The notes: generated by a model not told the origin, from the sequence alone. 64,000 bases of DNA from Octopus sinensis (GCF_006345805.1 NC_043005.1:88226001-88290000), one strand, 5' to 3'; shown: positions 26,900 through 39,573, counted from the first letter of the stretch. Program-made: numbers and translations.

Positions 26900-28737
26900 A
26901 TGTTTTAGAAATTCTTTCTAATCTTATAAAAAACATTAGGTCAAACCCAATGGCCTTCTTTCATTATGCCAAAGAAACAGACTCAATAGGTACGCTGCAA
27001 ACGAGGACCCATCTTCCAAAAGGTTGGCTCCCCCACAGATAGTCCAACCAGGATCAGTGGGGTACTGAATGACCAATTCAAAAGTGTCTTTACCATCCTG
27101 TTGGAAAACAGACAAGTGAACGAACCAATGGATCTCTTTGCCGCCTCACCTATAACCAGCGAGGCAGTTGCGATGGATTACATTGACATTAGTGAAAAAG
27201 ATATACTACTAGCCATAGATGAGGTAGACACAATCTCAACTGCTGGTCCTGGTGGTTTCCCAGCAAGCCTCCTCAAATCGTGTAAGCGTGCTCTTGCGAA
27301 ACCACTACAGATTCTCTTTCAGAGCTTTCTTGCAAATGGCAGGGTGCCAAGCAAACTGAATGAGGGAATAATATGCTCAATCCATAAAGGAGGAAGCAGA
27401 GCAGATGCGAAAAACTATAGGCCTATCTCTCTGACTTCACACATCAGCAAAGTCATGGAACGGATAGTCAGAGGGAAGCTAATCACATTCCCTGAAGGAA
27501 ACAACTTACTGATAAAGTGGATCCTAGTACGATATGTCACAAACTACGTGATTTTGGCATGGCTGGAAAACTTGGAGAGTAGTTACATGACTTTCTGGAA
27601 GATAGATGTCAGGCAGTAGTGGCCAATGCAGCCACCTCAAAGAAAACACAAATAGTGAGTGGTGTATCACAGGGTACTGCCCTAAGACCACTGCTTTCCA
27701 TAGTGGCCCTCTCAAATATGCCCTCAGCTGCCCGCATAACCACCCTTGCTAGCTACGCAGAAGATACGAAAGTCTCGCAGAAAATACAGAACCCCAGCGA
27801 TGTTGCACACATTTAACAGGAGTTGGACTCGACTTACAGATGGGTTGAGGTCAATAATATGCAATTTCATGCTGAAAAATTCCAAGCCCTGAGCTACCAG
27901 CGTCCAAAACTGAATATAAAACTTACAAGTTACACTGGTCCACAGGGGATCACAATCCCAGAGCCTAAATCAGTGAGGAAACTGGGTATCGACATGAGTG
28001 ATGATAGCTCTTTTCAAATGCACATTACCAGGATGACGACATAATACGGACGACAGGCTGGATGGATCCTGAGAGCATTCAGAACGAGAGAGAAGGAAAC
28101 TATGATGGCCCTCTGGAGGACATTCGTCCTCAGCCGCCTGGATTATTGCTCCCAGCTATGGTCACTCAACATTGTAAAATTAGCAGCAGACCTTGAAGCA
28201 ATCCAGCAAAGCTTCACGAAGAAGACTGTCTCATTGCAGCAACTCAGCTACTGGGAAAGACTGAAACAGTTAAGACTCTACTCCCTGGAGCGAAGGCGAG
28301 AGAGGTATGCAGTAATATAGATCAGGAAGATACTGGAAGGAATTGTGCCAAATTTTGGCATGCATTGAAAGCTGCACAAATGCCATATCGGGTGGCCACT
28401 GCATAGTGCCAAATATCCCAACAATGCCATCGCGCTTCAGGACCAGCTTCTGCAACAGCCTGGATTTCAGGGGTCCACAGCTTTTTAATATTCTCCCAAA
28501 GAGCCTGAGGGACCTACACAAAGTGGATATAGGTGTTTTTAAATCAAAACTGGACCTCTTCCTGTCGAGGGTCCCAGATGAACCTACCTCGCGGCAAGTG
28601 GTGCAAATGAGGGTAGTGACTTCAAACTCCTTTATTCACCAAATGCCAAATATTAGAGAAGGCTCGCAATAATAACAGTGAAGCAAAACGGCGGTGTCCC
28701 AGCATGGCCGCAGCATTTGGCTGAAACTGATAAAAAA
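26900..28737 (+). mobile_element. CR1-like LINE, 5'-truncated and internally deleted
   Basis: AGPGGFPASLLK, NYRPISLTSHISKVMER, SGVSQGTAL.PLL, YAEDTK, SRLDYCSQLW, LYSLERRRERY and GPQLFNILP; the 3' tail is SINE-like. Confidence 0.88.
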
Positions 28738-28787
28738 TATGTGTGTGTGTGTATGTTTGTGTGTGTGTATGTTTGTGTGTGTGTGTG

Positions 28788-28829
<42 letters not shown>

Positions 28830-28869
28830 CGTGTGTGTGCGTGCGTGCGCGTGTGTGTGTCTTTATATA

Positions 28870-30150
28870 TGCCGCTCTTAGAGACTGAGAATAAAATCAG
28901 ACTCTCCCATGCAAAAGAAAAAGAACAGAGAAGCCAGGGCGATGGAAAATATAAAAAGCAACCCTAAAACCTCCTACAAGTTCACAAAAGAGTCTGCCTC
29001 AGTACGATACAGGGTAGGGTCACTGTTTGATGAAAAGGGCTCACTGATTGCAGACCCTAAGTGGATAAGTGAAGCAATCAATAAAAAATTCCAAAGTGTT
29101 TTCACCTCCCCACTAGAAAACATGAAAAAAGCAGACTTGAATTCTTCAACACCTCTAACCTACAAAAGAAAAAGGCGACCATCAATTACACTAACATTAC
29201 AGAAGAGGATGTATTGAAGGCGGCGAGCTGGCAGAGACGTTAGCACGCCGGGCGAAGGGCTTACCGGTATTTCGCCTGCCGCTACGTTCTGAGTTCAAAT
29301 TCCACCGAGGTCGACTTTGCCTTTTATCCTTTCGGGGTCGTCGATAAATTACGTACCAGTTGCGTACTGGCGTCGATCTAATCGACTGGCCCCCTCCCCC
29401 AAAATTTCGGGCCTTGTGCCTAGAGTCGAAAAGAACAGGATGTATTGTCGGCCATTGAAGAGCTAAACCCAATTTCTGCAACAGGCCCAGATGGACTCCC
29501 AGCAATTCTGTTAAAAACACGTAAGAAAGCTCTTGCAAAACCATTGCCCCAGGGAATAATGCTGGGACTACTATTGTTTGTGGTTGCTCTCTCGGACATA
29601 CCCTCAGCCATAGAGTCAGCCACACTCACCAGCTATCCTGACAATACATAAGTATCACAAGGTGGTCAAGGATCCTACTGACATCCTAAGACTGCAGAAA
29701 GAACGCAAAATATAAATGGGCTGATGAGAATAATATGCAGTTCAATGACACTCCGCTATCAGCCCACAAACTACAGCTGAAGTACACGGGACTAGCAGGC
29801 AATGTAATCCCAGGGTTAGAATCGGTGCGTGACCTGGGAATCCACGTGAGCAACTTTCCATGCGCTCAGACGGCAACACTATGCAGGTGGGTGGCAGGTT
29901 GGATCCTTAGATCCTTCAGGACCAGGAACAGAGACACAATGCTTCTGCTTTGGAGAACCTTTGTCCGCACTCGTCTGGACTACTGCTGCTCCCAACTGTG
30001 GTCCCCACAGAGTGTAAAACTAATTGCGGAACTAGAACCGATCCAACGCCACTACACAAAGAAGATAGAGTCAGTAAAATACATAGGCTACAGGAAGAGA
30101 ATGAGAGAACCGGGACTCTACTCCTTGGAGGGGAGACGTGAAAGATATAC
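28870..30150 (+). mobile_element. Second CR1-like LINE remnant with multiple deletions
   Basis: ATGPDGLPAILLK, LLFVVALSDIPS, RTRLDYCCSQLWSP and LYSLEGRRERY; paralogous to 26900-28737. Confidence 0.8.
29217..29436 (+). mobile_element. SINE family B with 11-bp TSD inside the CR1 remnant
   Basis: AGGATGTATTG at 29206-29216 and 29437-29447; head aaggcggcgagctggcagagacgttagcacgccgggcg. Confidence 0.88.
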
Positions 30151-30160
30151 ATATAAAATG

Positions 30161-30223
<63 letters not shown>

Positions 30224-30370
30224 TGTTAGTTGAGTTAGAGTTTAAAATAACCGCCCTAAGGGATAGAAATATCCATTACAGTAGCGGTATATTACCTATG
30301 TTTAACCACGGGTATACATATGCAAACATAATATGCTCATAAATTATAAAGACAAGGATAAACATATATA

Positions 30371-31652
30371 TTGGGTTGTCCGGAAAGTTCGTGACGGTTT
30401 TTAATGGAAAAAAAAGGTCAATAAATACTTGCCATTACATTTTTAATCAACCAAATATGAACCATTTTGCTGCACAATGCGGCTCCATCTTTCCTTTAAC
30501 TTGAAAATACCCTCTTCCCAGAATTGAGGTGGTTTCATGGCAAAGAATTCATCAAGGTATCTTTTTACGTCATCTAAGGAATTGAAATTTTTAACATTAA
30601 GACTATTCTGCAGAGACCTGAATAAGTGGAAATCCGAAGGAGCAATATCTGGTAAATATGAAGGGTAGGGTAACACATCCCAGCCGAGCTGCAGCAATTT
30701 TTGTCTGGTTCCCAAAGAAACGTGAGGTGTTGCATTATCATATTGGAAAACAACACCCTTCCTGTTGGCCAATTCTGGACGTTTCTCTTGAATTGCTGCT
30801 TTTAACTCGTCCACTTGTGTACAGTATTTCTCAGAATTAATTGTGTGGTTACTTTGGACAAGCTCATAGTACAGAATTCCTTTCCAATCCCACCAAACAC
30901 AAAGCAAGACTTTTTTAGGGTGAAGACCCGTTTTCGGGGTGGCTAAGGGTGGCTCATGTCGCTTACTCCAGGATCGCTTTCTCTGAACATTTCGTTTGAT
31001 AATCCATTTCTCATCACCTGTCACAATTTGCTTTTAAAAGGTGCGTTTTCATTCCGTTTGTAAAGCGAATCATAGGTGGAAATGCGATCCAAAAGTTTCT
31101 TCTCATTCAACTCATATGGTACCCAAACGTCGAAGCGATTTGTGTACCCAAGCTTTACCAGGTGCTCATGAAAGACGGGTTTTGATAGGTTGAGGCTTTC
31201 TGCCAATTGTCGGGTTGTGCAATGTGGGTTATTCTCAATTAATGACTTGATTTGGTCATCATCTGTAGTGGATGGTCAGCCTGATCGCTCTTTATCAATA
31301 AGGCTACAATCTCCAGCTCGGAACCTTGCGAACCACTTACGTACAGTTCCTTCGGATAAAGAAACATCACCGTAAACTGCGCATATTTCATTGGTTGCTT
31401 GTGAGGCATTTTTCCCTTTACGGAAAAAGAAAAGCATCGAGTGCCGAAAATGAACTTTCTTATCTTCCATTTTAAGAGGTTACAGAATTAACACAAGTTC
31501 TAAGAACATAAACATTCTTCCACGAAAAGATAGCTTAAACTGTGCTCTAAATGGAGGTGTAATCAAATCCTATTTTATGGACTCAACTATGTTCTAAAAT
31601 AAGTCGAATGGTAAGCTACTATAAATCCGCACGAACTTTCCGGACAACCCAA
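30371..31652 (-). mobile_element. Full-length mariner (DD34D) with 23-bp perfect TIRs and TA TSD; transposase pseudogenised
   Basis: TIR ttgggttgtccggaaagttcgtg at 30371 and its reverse complement at 31630-31652, with TA flanks; 1282 bp. Transposase 31470-30443 has WVPYEL, TGDEKW, YDNA and [11 protein letters not shown], plus an internal stop and a frameshift. Confidence 0.95.
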
Positions 31653-31686
31653 TATATATACAAAATTATATATACATATACACACG

Positions 31687-31758
<72 letters not shown>

Positions 31759-32007
31759 CGCACTTTAATTCCATGTTACACATGTATCATTACATTATAG
31801 GAAATACAAATCAATAATACATATAAAAAAAAATAATAATAATAATCCTTGAGGCAGTGAGCTGTCAGAACTGTAGGTGCGCCAGGAAAATGCTTTGCGA
31901 CATTTTGTCTGTCTTTACATTGTGATAATACAGAGAGATGAGGAATTACGTATATTATTTACATTATTTACATCTGACGGATATTTGTCCTCATCTTGTT
32001 TGTTGTT

Positions 32008-32053
32008 AACACAACGTTTCAGCTTATATACTTTCTAGCCTTCATCAGGTGTC
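32008..32053 (-). ncRNA. Minimal type-I hammerhead ribozyme with canonical core
   Basis: Minus strand: GACAC-CUGAUGA-a-GGCU-(12 nt loop)-AGCU-GAAA-CG-UU-GUGUU. Stem I 5 bp, stem II 4 bp, palindromic ACGU stem III, GUU cleavage triplet. Confidence 0.75.
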
Positions 32054-32111
32054 CTGGGGGAATTTCGAACCTAGGTTCTCATTCCGATGTTATTATTATT
32101 ATTATTATTAT

Positions 32112-32190
32112 TCAGGTCACTACCTGGAATCGAACTCGGAATCTTGGGGTTTGTAGCCCGCGCTCTTAACCACTACGCCATATGTCCGTG
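32112..32190 (-). mobile_element. tRNA-derived SINE head
   Basis: Minus strand atggcgtagtggttaagagcgcgggctacaaaccccaagattccgagttcgattccagg has A-box and B-box motifs but no complete acceptor stem. Confidence 0.6.
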
Positions 32191-32884
32191 GGCAATTATG
32201 GAGCGAATTTTAGGGCAATATTTCCTATCCTTCCTTAAAACCGGTTCCCATATGCTAGTCATATCTGCACACGGTCTGCTTAGGACGTTATTATGTCCGA
32301 GCATATGCGCTGCTTCGTTTAGTTTTCGTATTTTCCAGTGGAGGATACGTCAACCGAAACGTTGTGTTAACAACAAACAAGATGAGGACAAATATCCATC
32401 AAATGTAAATAATGTAAATAATGTTTGCATTGAGTTCAAATGCCGCCAGTGTTGACTTTGCCTTTCATCATTTCAGGGTGTGTAAAATATGTACCAGTTG
32501 TACACTGGGATCGATGCAATCGACTTAACTCCATCCCTGAAATTGTTGGCCTTGTGCTAAAATATGAAAAGAATATTAATAATCCTTTCTACTGTAGGCA
32601 CAAGACCTGAATCTTTGAGGGAGTGGGGTGTCTAGTCGGTTACATTGACCCCCAGTGCTTAACTGATACTTATTTCCTTGACACAAAGTCAACCTTGGCA
32701 GAATTTGAACTCAAAACAGACAAAATGCCACTAAACATTTTGTCCAGTGTGCTAACAAATCAACCAACTTGCTGCGCTAATAATGATAATGATGATGATG
32801 ATGATAATGATGATGATGATGGTGGTGATGACGATGATGAGCTTATTGATCTGGAACGATCAAACCAATGTATTGAAAAATAGT

Positions 32885-33440
32885 GCAGACCCAAAATGCC
32901 GAACTGCAACGATGGGATTGAAACAGTGGACGACCTTATCTTTGGGTGTAAGGTTTTAGCACCAGTAGAGTATAAATCTAAACATGACAGAGTTGGTTAA
33001 TATCTACACTAGTTAACATGTCAGAATTATCAAATCGAAGATGCTGACAAATGGTATAAGCACCATCCAGAAGCTGGAACTGAGGGAGAAAACGTAACGG
33101 TCCTTTGGGACTTTCCAGTATGTAAAGACCAGACCATCAAAGTTAATTAACCAGATATTGTTGTTGAAAGACCAAAACAATAAGACCTGTTCACTGATTG
33201 ACATGAGCATACCTTGTGATCATAATACCACGGCAAAAAAAGGCTTGATAAGCCCAGGAAATATTTCCAGATTGAAACTGAAAAAAATGTGGCATCTCAA
33301 GACAGTTACAATACCAGTAATTGTAGGAGAACTTGAAATGATTAAAAAGGTAACTGAAAGTGATTTGTGGATAATCCCTGGCTTACCACCTTTGCAGGAA
33401 GTGCAAAAGATTGTCTTAACTGGTAATTGGTCACAAGTAT
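32885..33440 (+). mobile_element. R4/Dong-type LINE 3' fragment (CCHC plus RLE)
   Basis: C..C....ETVD.L..GC.VLA..EYK..HD.V, LWDFPV..D.TI....PDIV, LIDMSIP and VQKIVLTG; degraded. Confidence 0.8.
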
Positions 33441-33689
33441 TGAGAAGAAGATTGTTGCTCTTTCCTTTTCTTTTTCCCTTTTATTGTCTTTGTTTCCTCT
33501 TTTTCATTTTTTTCTTTAATCTACTTCTTTCCCCTGTCTTTCTTCCCTTTTTTCTATCTCATGACTTTGTAAATGAACAATCTGATGTGTTTATTTTGAT
33601 GGCCTGCCAATGTATACAATGAGTTTCTTTGCTCTAGGTGCTGGGAAGACACTCAGCAAGAATTGGAAACGAAATTCAAAGAAGAAGAT

Positions 33690-33699
33690 AATAATAATG

Positions 33700-33794
<95 letters not shown>

Positions 33795-33841
33795 CTAATA
33801 ATAATAATAATAATAGTAACAACGACAACAACAACAATAAC

Positions 33842-33888
<47 letters not shown>

Positions 33889-33892
33889 CAAC

Positions 33893-33966
<74 letters not shown>

Positions 33967-33985
33967 TAATAATAATAATAATAAA
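33690..33985. repeat. (TAA)n/(TGA)n/(CAA)n microsatellite
   Basis: Direct reading of the sequence. Confidence 0.9.
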
Positions 33986-34540
33986 AATGCCCTGATGCAG
34001 TACCAGGCAGTGGCTCTCCTGGCTTCTGATCTTAACTGATTGGAAGTGTTATCATGTACATTGTTTTGTCTTGGTATAAAAGATGGGCTACAGAAAATAT
34101 TCTGCTCGTTACCACACATTTGCTTGTCAGTTGTTTGACCTTAACCAGTTGAACATGTCCTTTAGTGGCTGACGATATGTGCATCTGAGATCATGAGCAG
34201 AAGTAGTGGGGGAACATCACAGCCATGTGTTGAGAGAGATTCTTTGGTGTTTGAATAATTCATCTCTGGAAACAGGGGCGCCTCGTTCAACATCCTTTAA
34301 CAACCCTTATTCAGGGACCTTTTGAACGGGATGGGTTACTCGACCAGCAGAAAATTCTAACTGGGCCCCACCTGCAAGATCATGCGCTGTTTATCTTGAT
34401 ATGAGATCACCATGTCACGAATATACGGTTGTGCTGCATGTGCCTAGTGTACCCTTATCCGACGGGTAGTCATAATGGGCATACTGGGCTTCGTATATTT
34501 TACTCGTGTCACTTTGATGGCATGCACTGCTCTCTCACTC
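33986..34540 (+). mobile_element. ~555-bp non-coding interspersed repeat embedded in (TAA)n
   Basis: Flanked on both sides by (TAA)n; an inverted homologous copy begins at 63850, also abutting (TAA)n. Confidence 0.65.
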
Positions 34541-34629
<89 letters not shown>

Positions 34630-36599
34630 TGATGATAATAATAATAATGATTACAATAATAATTCTAATAATAACAACTACTACTACTACATAGAAAACA
34701 ACAACAATAGCAATGATAGTAATGATAATAATATAAATAGAATAATTTCATAAGGGTTAAGTAGGTGAAGAAAACCTGTAGAGGATCTGCCAAGGGTAAC
34801 TTCTCTGTTTGTCTGAGAAGATAGGATTGGTTATCATCAACACAAACACCACCATCAACAACAATAAATGCCTTTGATCTTCAGTCTATGAAGACTGATT
34901 TGAGGCTAAACACTCACTACAATACAATTAGCAAGAACAATAGAACCACTACAACACACACACACACACACACACACACACATTGCAAGAACCACGTTTT
35001 GATGCACACAACAAGTGATACAGTATAGAGGAAGAGCAACTGTCAAGCTCTGACCAAGTCCACCTTTCCCATTTCACAATGGCTACCACAAGAACATAGA
35101 GGGTAGACTGGACAGTGGAAAGAGAAAAGCATGTCCACACTGCAACATTTCACCCCTTATGTTAAACCATGTCAAATCCTGACGACCATCCAAACAGTGT
35201 CTAGATGATTCCCATAAATGTGCCACCCAACATTTGCCAGCGACCGGCCACCTGTGTTTTTCCGTAAGGGTTGAATTAAGGGTCCAATTCAAGCACCTTA
35301 TCACTCAACTTTTGTCCCTTCAAAGTACTTCATCAGACTCCTAAGAATTTTATTCTTCGTGTAAATAGATGAGCAGAATCCATAAGCATCAATTGAAAGA
35401 GGCTTATTTCAATAATGACTTGAAACCTGAACCTCTCAGATCCACATCAATCATCCTTCTGCCAGTGCTAATATTTTCTCACTGGAACTTTCGTTTGCCT
35501 CAAAAATCTAAATAAAATCTCTACAAAGACCTTTTTTTCTATTTCAACAAACAGGAATTGTTGTCTGATGAATCCACACGAGATGATTTTTTTAGACTCT
35601 CACAAATACATAACTCACCACATCCCTTTTCTCCCTCTCCCTCCCTCTCTCTCTCTCTCTCTCTCTCACGCACGCATACACACACACACATTATAAATAG
35701 ACATACACATCATTCTTTGCTTGCATTGTTTGTTATTTGAAATATTTCAGAAATTCTTCTCACGACCATTTCTTCATAAATATAAACAACGCCAAACATT
35801 ATGATGCCATGGAATTTCTTGTAATTACTGTTGTTGTTGTTGTTTCCAATCTCTTGTTTTGTTTTGATCTGGTATGGTCAATTTAATATTTCTAATGGAA
35901 TAAAACATCTGTTCTCCTATTTCACAATAGTCTTCAGCATCTTTTCATTTGTGTGTATGAATTATCTTTAAGTATGCCCGCCTTTGCATTCAGACACTAC
36001 AAAACAACCTACCCCCATCAAACTATATTATCATTTGCCATCTCACAAGGAAGAATTGCCCATAACACAAATACAGGAGCCTGAGCGGCCGCTATCAGTT
36101 TTGTTCTGGTTGCAGGAGAGACCTCGGCTGTTCTCAGACCTTGCATGGATGATTTCCTCCATAAAATCAGGATGGCCAATCTCAGAAATGAGCACCGTGT
36201 GGTTGGTTGGTTGCAACAGAGCGTATCCCTGGCCATTCTCTGTGGCAGTGCCTTTGCAATCATGTCCACCAGACATGGCTAAACTCGCCATTTGGTCTGG
36301 GATGTACAACCTGTTACTCCCCACCCACCATTTTCTGCTGCTTAATCCCCCACCATCACCACCGCCACCACTCTTTCCTTTTCTTTGTTTTCTTGGAGTT
36401 ATGAGTTTTTTCTTTCTCTCGATAATTATAATTTTTTTTCTTTTCATTCTGTAAAAATATGTTAATTAGCCAAATACGTTGTGAATTTATTTTCAGAAAA
36501 AGGAACCTAATCTCCCTCAAACTGTACCCATCGCCTGTCAGTGACAAAGTTAGAGAAAGACAAATAGTTGAGTGAGAGTAGCTTTCGCAAAATTAGAGA

Positions 36600-36960
36600 T
36601 GTATGAATTTGTGAACAAGTGTTGGTGTCGATAATGCAAAACAGAAAAATACATTTGTGGGGGGCATGGTTTAAGGTATTTGGAGAGCTGTGAAATGTGG
36701 TCCTTAGGGAAAATATCGAGGATAGCATGGACAAAGTATCTAATGAAGAAGTGACGAGTGAGGCTGCAGTAAATAGGATACTGCTTCATGAGATAAGGGC
36801 CAAATAACAGAGACTTCTTTGTCATGTGATAAGGAAAGAGGGCCCAGGGAAAATTTAGTGATGACTGGAAAGATTGAAGGGAAAAGAAGGCGAAGAAGGA
36901 GAAGGATGTTATGGATGTGAAGCTGGAAGAACTGGTTTGGAAGAACGAGACATTAAACAT
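36600..36960 (+). mobile_element. RTE-type LINE 3' fragment
   Basis: Degraded 'RIAW.DKVSNEEV...LL.EIR......CHVIRK....NLVMTGKIEGKRRR', a typical RTE ORF2 C-terminus. Confidence 0.55.
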
Positions 36961-37506
36961 CAGGAAGAAGTGGAACTGTTATACAGAAAACAAAGAAAAG
37001 GGAATCGTGGAGGGTGGGGGGACAAGATTGCCCATGTCCTACATTCAGGACATAGCACCGAAAGAAAGAAAGATATTATTTTCTTCTTTATTCAGTGTTT
37101 CTTATCTTTCTCTTTGGTAAAGAGGAAGAGAGAGAGAGAGAGAGAGAGAGAAAGCAGAACAGTAAGAAATATAACATGAGAGGAGGAGGGGGAAGCGATC
37201 CCAAGTAATGGAAATGAGGCAGATATAGTGATGGCGAGAGTGAGAACGGTGTTGGTTTGTTTGCATTTTTATTGCTATTTATCTTCCATCTTTTATTTCA
37301 GTCAGTAGATTGTGGCGATGCTGGGGCATTGCTATCAAGTATTTTTAGTCAAATGAATCAACCTCAGGACTTTTTATTATTTTTGCAAGCTTGGTATTAT
37401 TCTATCAGTCTCTGTTTCCAAACTGCTAAGTTACAGGTAGTGGGGGACAAACACCAACATAAAAATACGCACACACATAGATATGCATACATATAATGTG
37501 TGTGTG

Positions 37507-37537
<31 letters not shown>

Positions 37538-37657
37538 TACTTACACACAAGAGACCAAAATGTACGTAGCCGCTATATATATATATCTATATATATATAG
37601 ATATATATATATAGATCAATAAATGGTGGGGTTGTGTTGACCGCACGTGGAGAAATG

Positions 37658-39069
37658 ATAAGCAAGGAAAATTTGTAAAAAGGCAGAATGCTAAATTGAA
37701 AGAAAATTTTAATGAAAATGGGTGTATGGAAAAAGTTTTTGAAAAATTGATAAAATATACATATATATATTAATTCAAACCGGTTTTCGTCATAATGTGA
37801 CTTTTCAAGAATTGTAAGGAATTTTTTTTTTTTTTAATGTGAGGAGGGGAAAAAAGAATATTACAAATCAGTGGGATTTGCCGGAATTCCGGGAGATTAA
37901 TTTGTTTTTTATCTTCAAACAAGGAACGAAGTTTAAAATCAAGACTAACTTCTGTTCCTCCGAGAACCTTATCTACGTTCTCACATGCGCTGTTTGCCAA
38001 CAATAATTATGTTGGACAAACGAGCCTCCCGTTACGTAATACGAGTAGCGGTGCATAAAGAACAAATAAATCTCCCGGAATACCGGCAAATCCCACTGAG
38101 TGACCACATAGACTCATGCGCTAAAGACAAAAATCCCAAATTTTACATATTCCCCTTCTACCAATGTAAAGACGGGATCACCACACAGGAGAGAATTAAC
38201 AAGGAAAATCTCTTTATTGTAAAATTCAAAACGCATCTTAATATGCAAACTCCTCGTTGATCATACTTCTCTTTTCTCTACCTCATTCTTCATGGATGGA
38301 CTAACACAAATATATAAGGATACCATGCAGTCATCACTTCAAGCTAAAACTTATATTCTTTAAATATCATTATTATTATCGTTGTTATTATTACTGTCAT
38401 TTTTATTATATATGACATAACAATCTGAAATGTAATTATAAATTGGTTTATGCAAATTTATATAATTAGAAAATAATATAAATAAAGTGTTAAAATCTGA
38501 ATGTTAATAAAAAAGATAATGCAAATGAAGCTAAAAAGATAATTTTATAATTTAAGATTTATTAACACCCTTTATTACAAAAAATTGACAAACACAAATT
38601 GAAGAGTTTAAAAACCAAAAGAGTTGTCTCCCCTTATTCACAACACAGGAACTGGACTACTACTTCCTGTTTTGCCATCCACTGAAGAGACACCCTTAAT
38701 TAAATTAAACAACACATGGATTTAATCCCATTGGATCTCAATACTTCAAGGTAATTTTTTCGTGAACAATCATTAAACTCAAGATACAGAAAAACTTTAC
38801 AATGTATCGGAGTACCTATTTTTAATTTTTGTATATATTTATTATTATTTTTTTGCAAAAAACAATGTAATTTCCTTTTTTCACCCTCCTCATTTAAAAA
38901 AAAAATTTTTTCCTTACAATTCTTGAAAAGTCACATTATGACGAAAACCGGTTTGAATTAATATATATATGTATATTTTATCAATTTTTCAAAAACTTTT
39001 TCCAAACACCCATTTTCATAAAAATTTTCTTTCAATTTAGCATTCTGCCTTTTTACAATTTTTTCCTTG

Positions 39070-39074
<5 letters not shown>
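37658..39074. mobile_element. ~208-bp inverted repeats enclosing a Penelope GIY-YIG fragment
   Basis: 37658-37865 is the near-identical reverse complement of 38866-39074. The internal + strand reads TCAVC..NYVGQT..L..RVAVHKEQI...ERINKENLFIVKFKTHLN (37985-38245). Confidence 0.75.
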
Positions 39075-39118
<44 letters not shown>

Positions 39119-39507
39119 CGCATTAGATTTCTTGGAAGAAAGGAGCGAATGTATACGAAAACAAAGACGGAAAAAACGGAGAAAGTTACAGAAATACAAA
39201 TAACAGGACACAACAAATGGTGTCTTTCGACTAGGACGAATTAAATTAAGCTGGCGTGTGTGGAAGTAAAGACTTTCGGCAGGGATATAAGATTACACAG
39301 GCACAGGGAAGAATATAGATGTTGCATGGACAACGGCCGAACCAAGAAAGAAACGTCAGACTTGGCCGAACACCGGTCATATGGGAAGAGAAGAGAGGCA
39401 GGTAGAGGCAGAGGGACAGAAGAAATAAGGACGGGTGTTGTTTTATTGTCCCTTTCTTGTATCACCTAACTGTCTGGATGTTTTGCGTTCTTGTCCCATT
39501 TTGTATT

Positions 39508-39573
<66 letters not shown>

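Noticed and set aside
32112-32190. tRNA gene
   Set aside because: A and B boxes are present but there is no complete cloverleaf or acceptor stem; better explained as a SINE head.
33986-34070. HDV-like ribozyme at the start of the (TAA)n-embedded repeat
   Set aside because: I could not build a consistent P1/P2/P3/P1.1 nested pseudoknot by eye; it needs a descriptor search.
33663-34119. Poly-N/M/I and poly-L/S/Y ORFs (likewise 58505-58870, 11923-12205, 2459-2892)
   Set aside because: They are trinucleotide microsatellite translations.
37300-37340. Apparent splice acceptor (ttttatttcag) suggesting an extra exon
   Set aside because: It is the reverse complement of the SINE family A tail (tttcagtca...tgtggc.atgctgggg) and encodes nothing SLC22-like.
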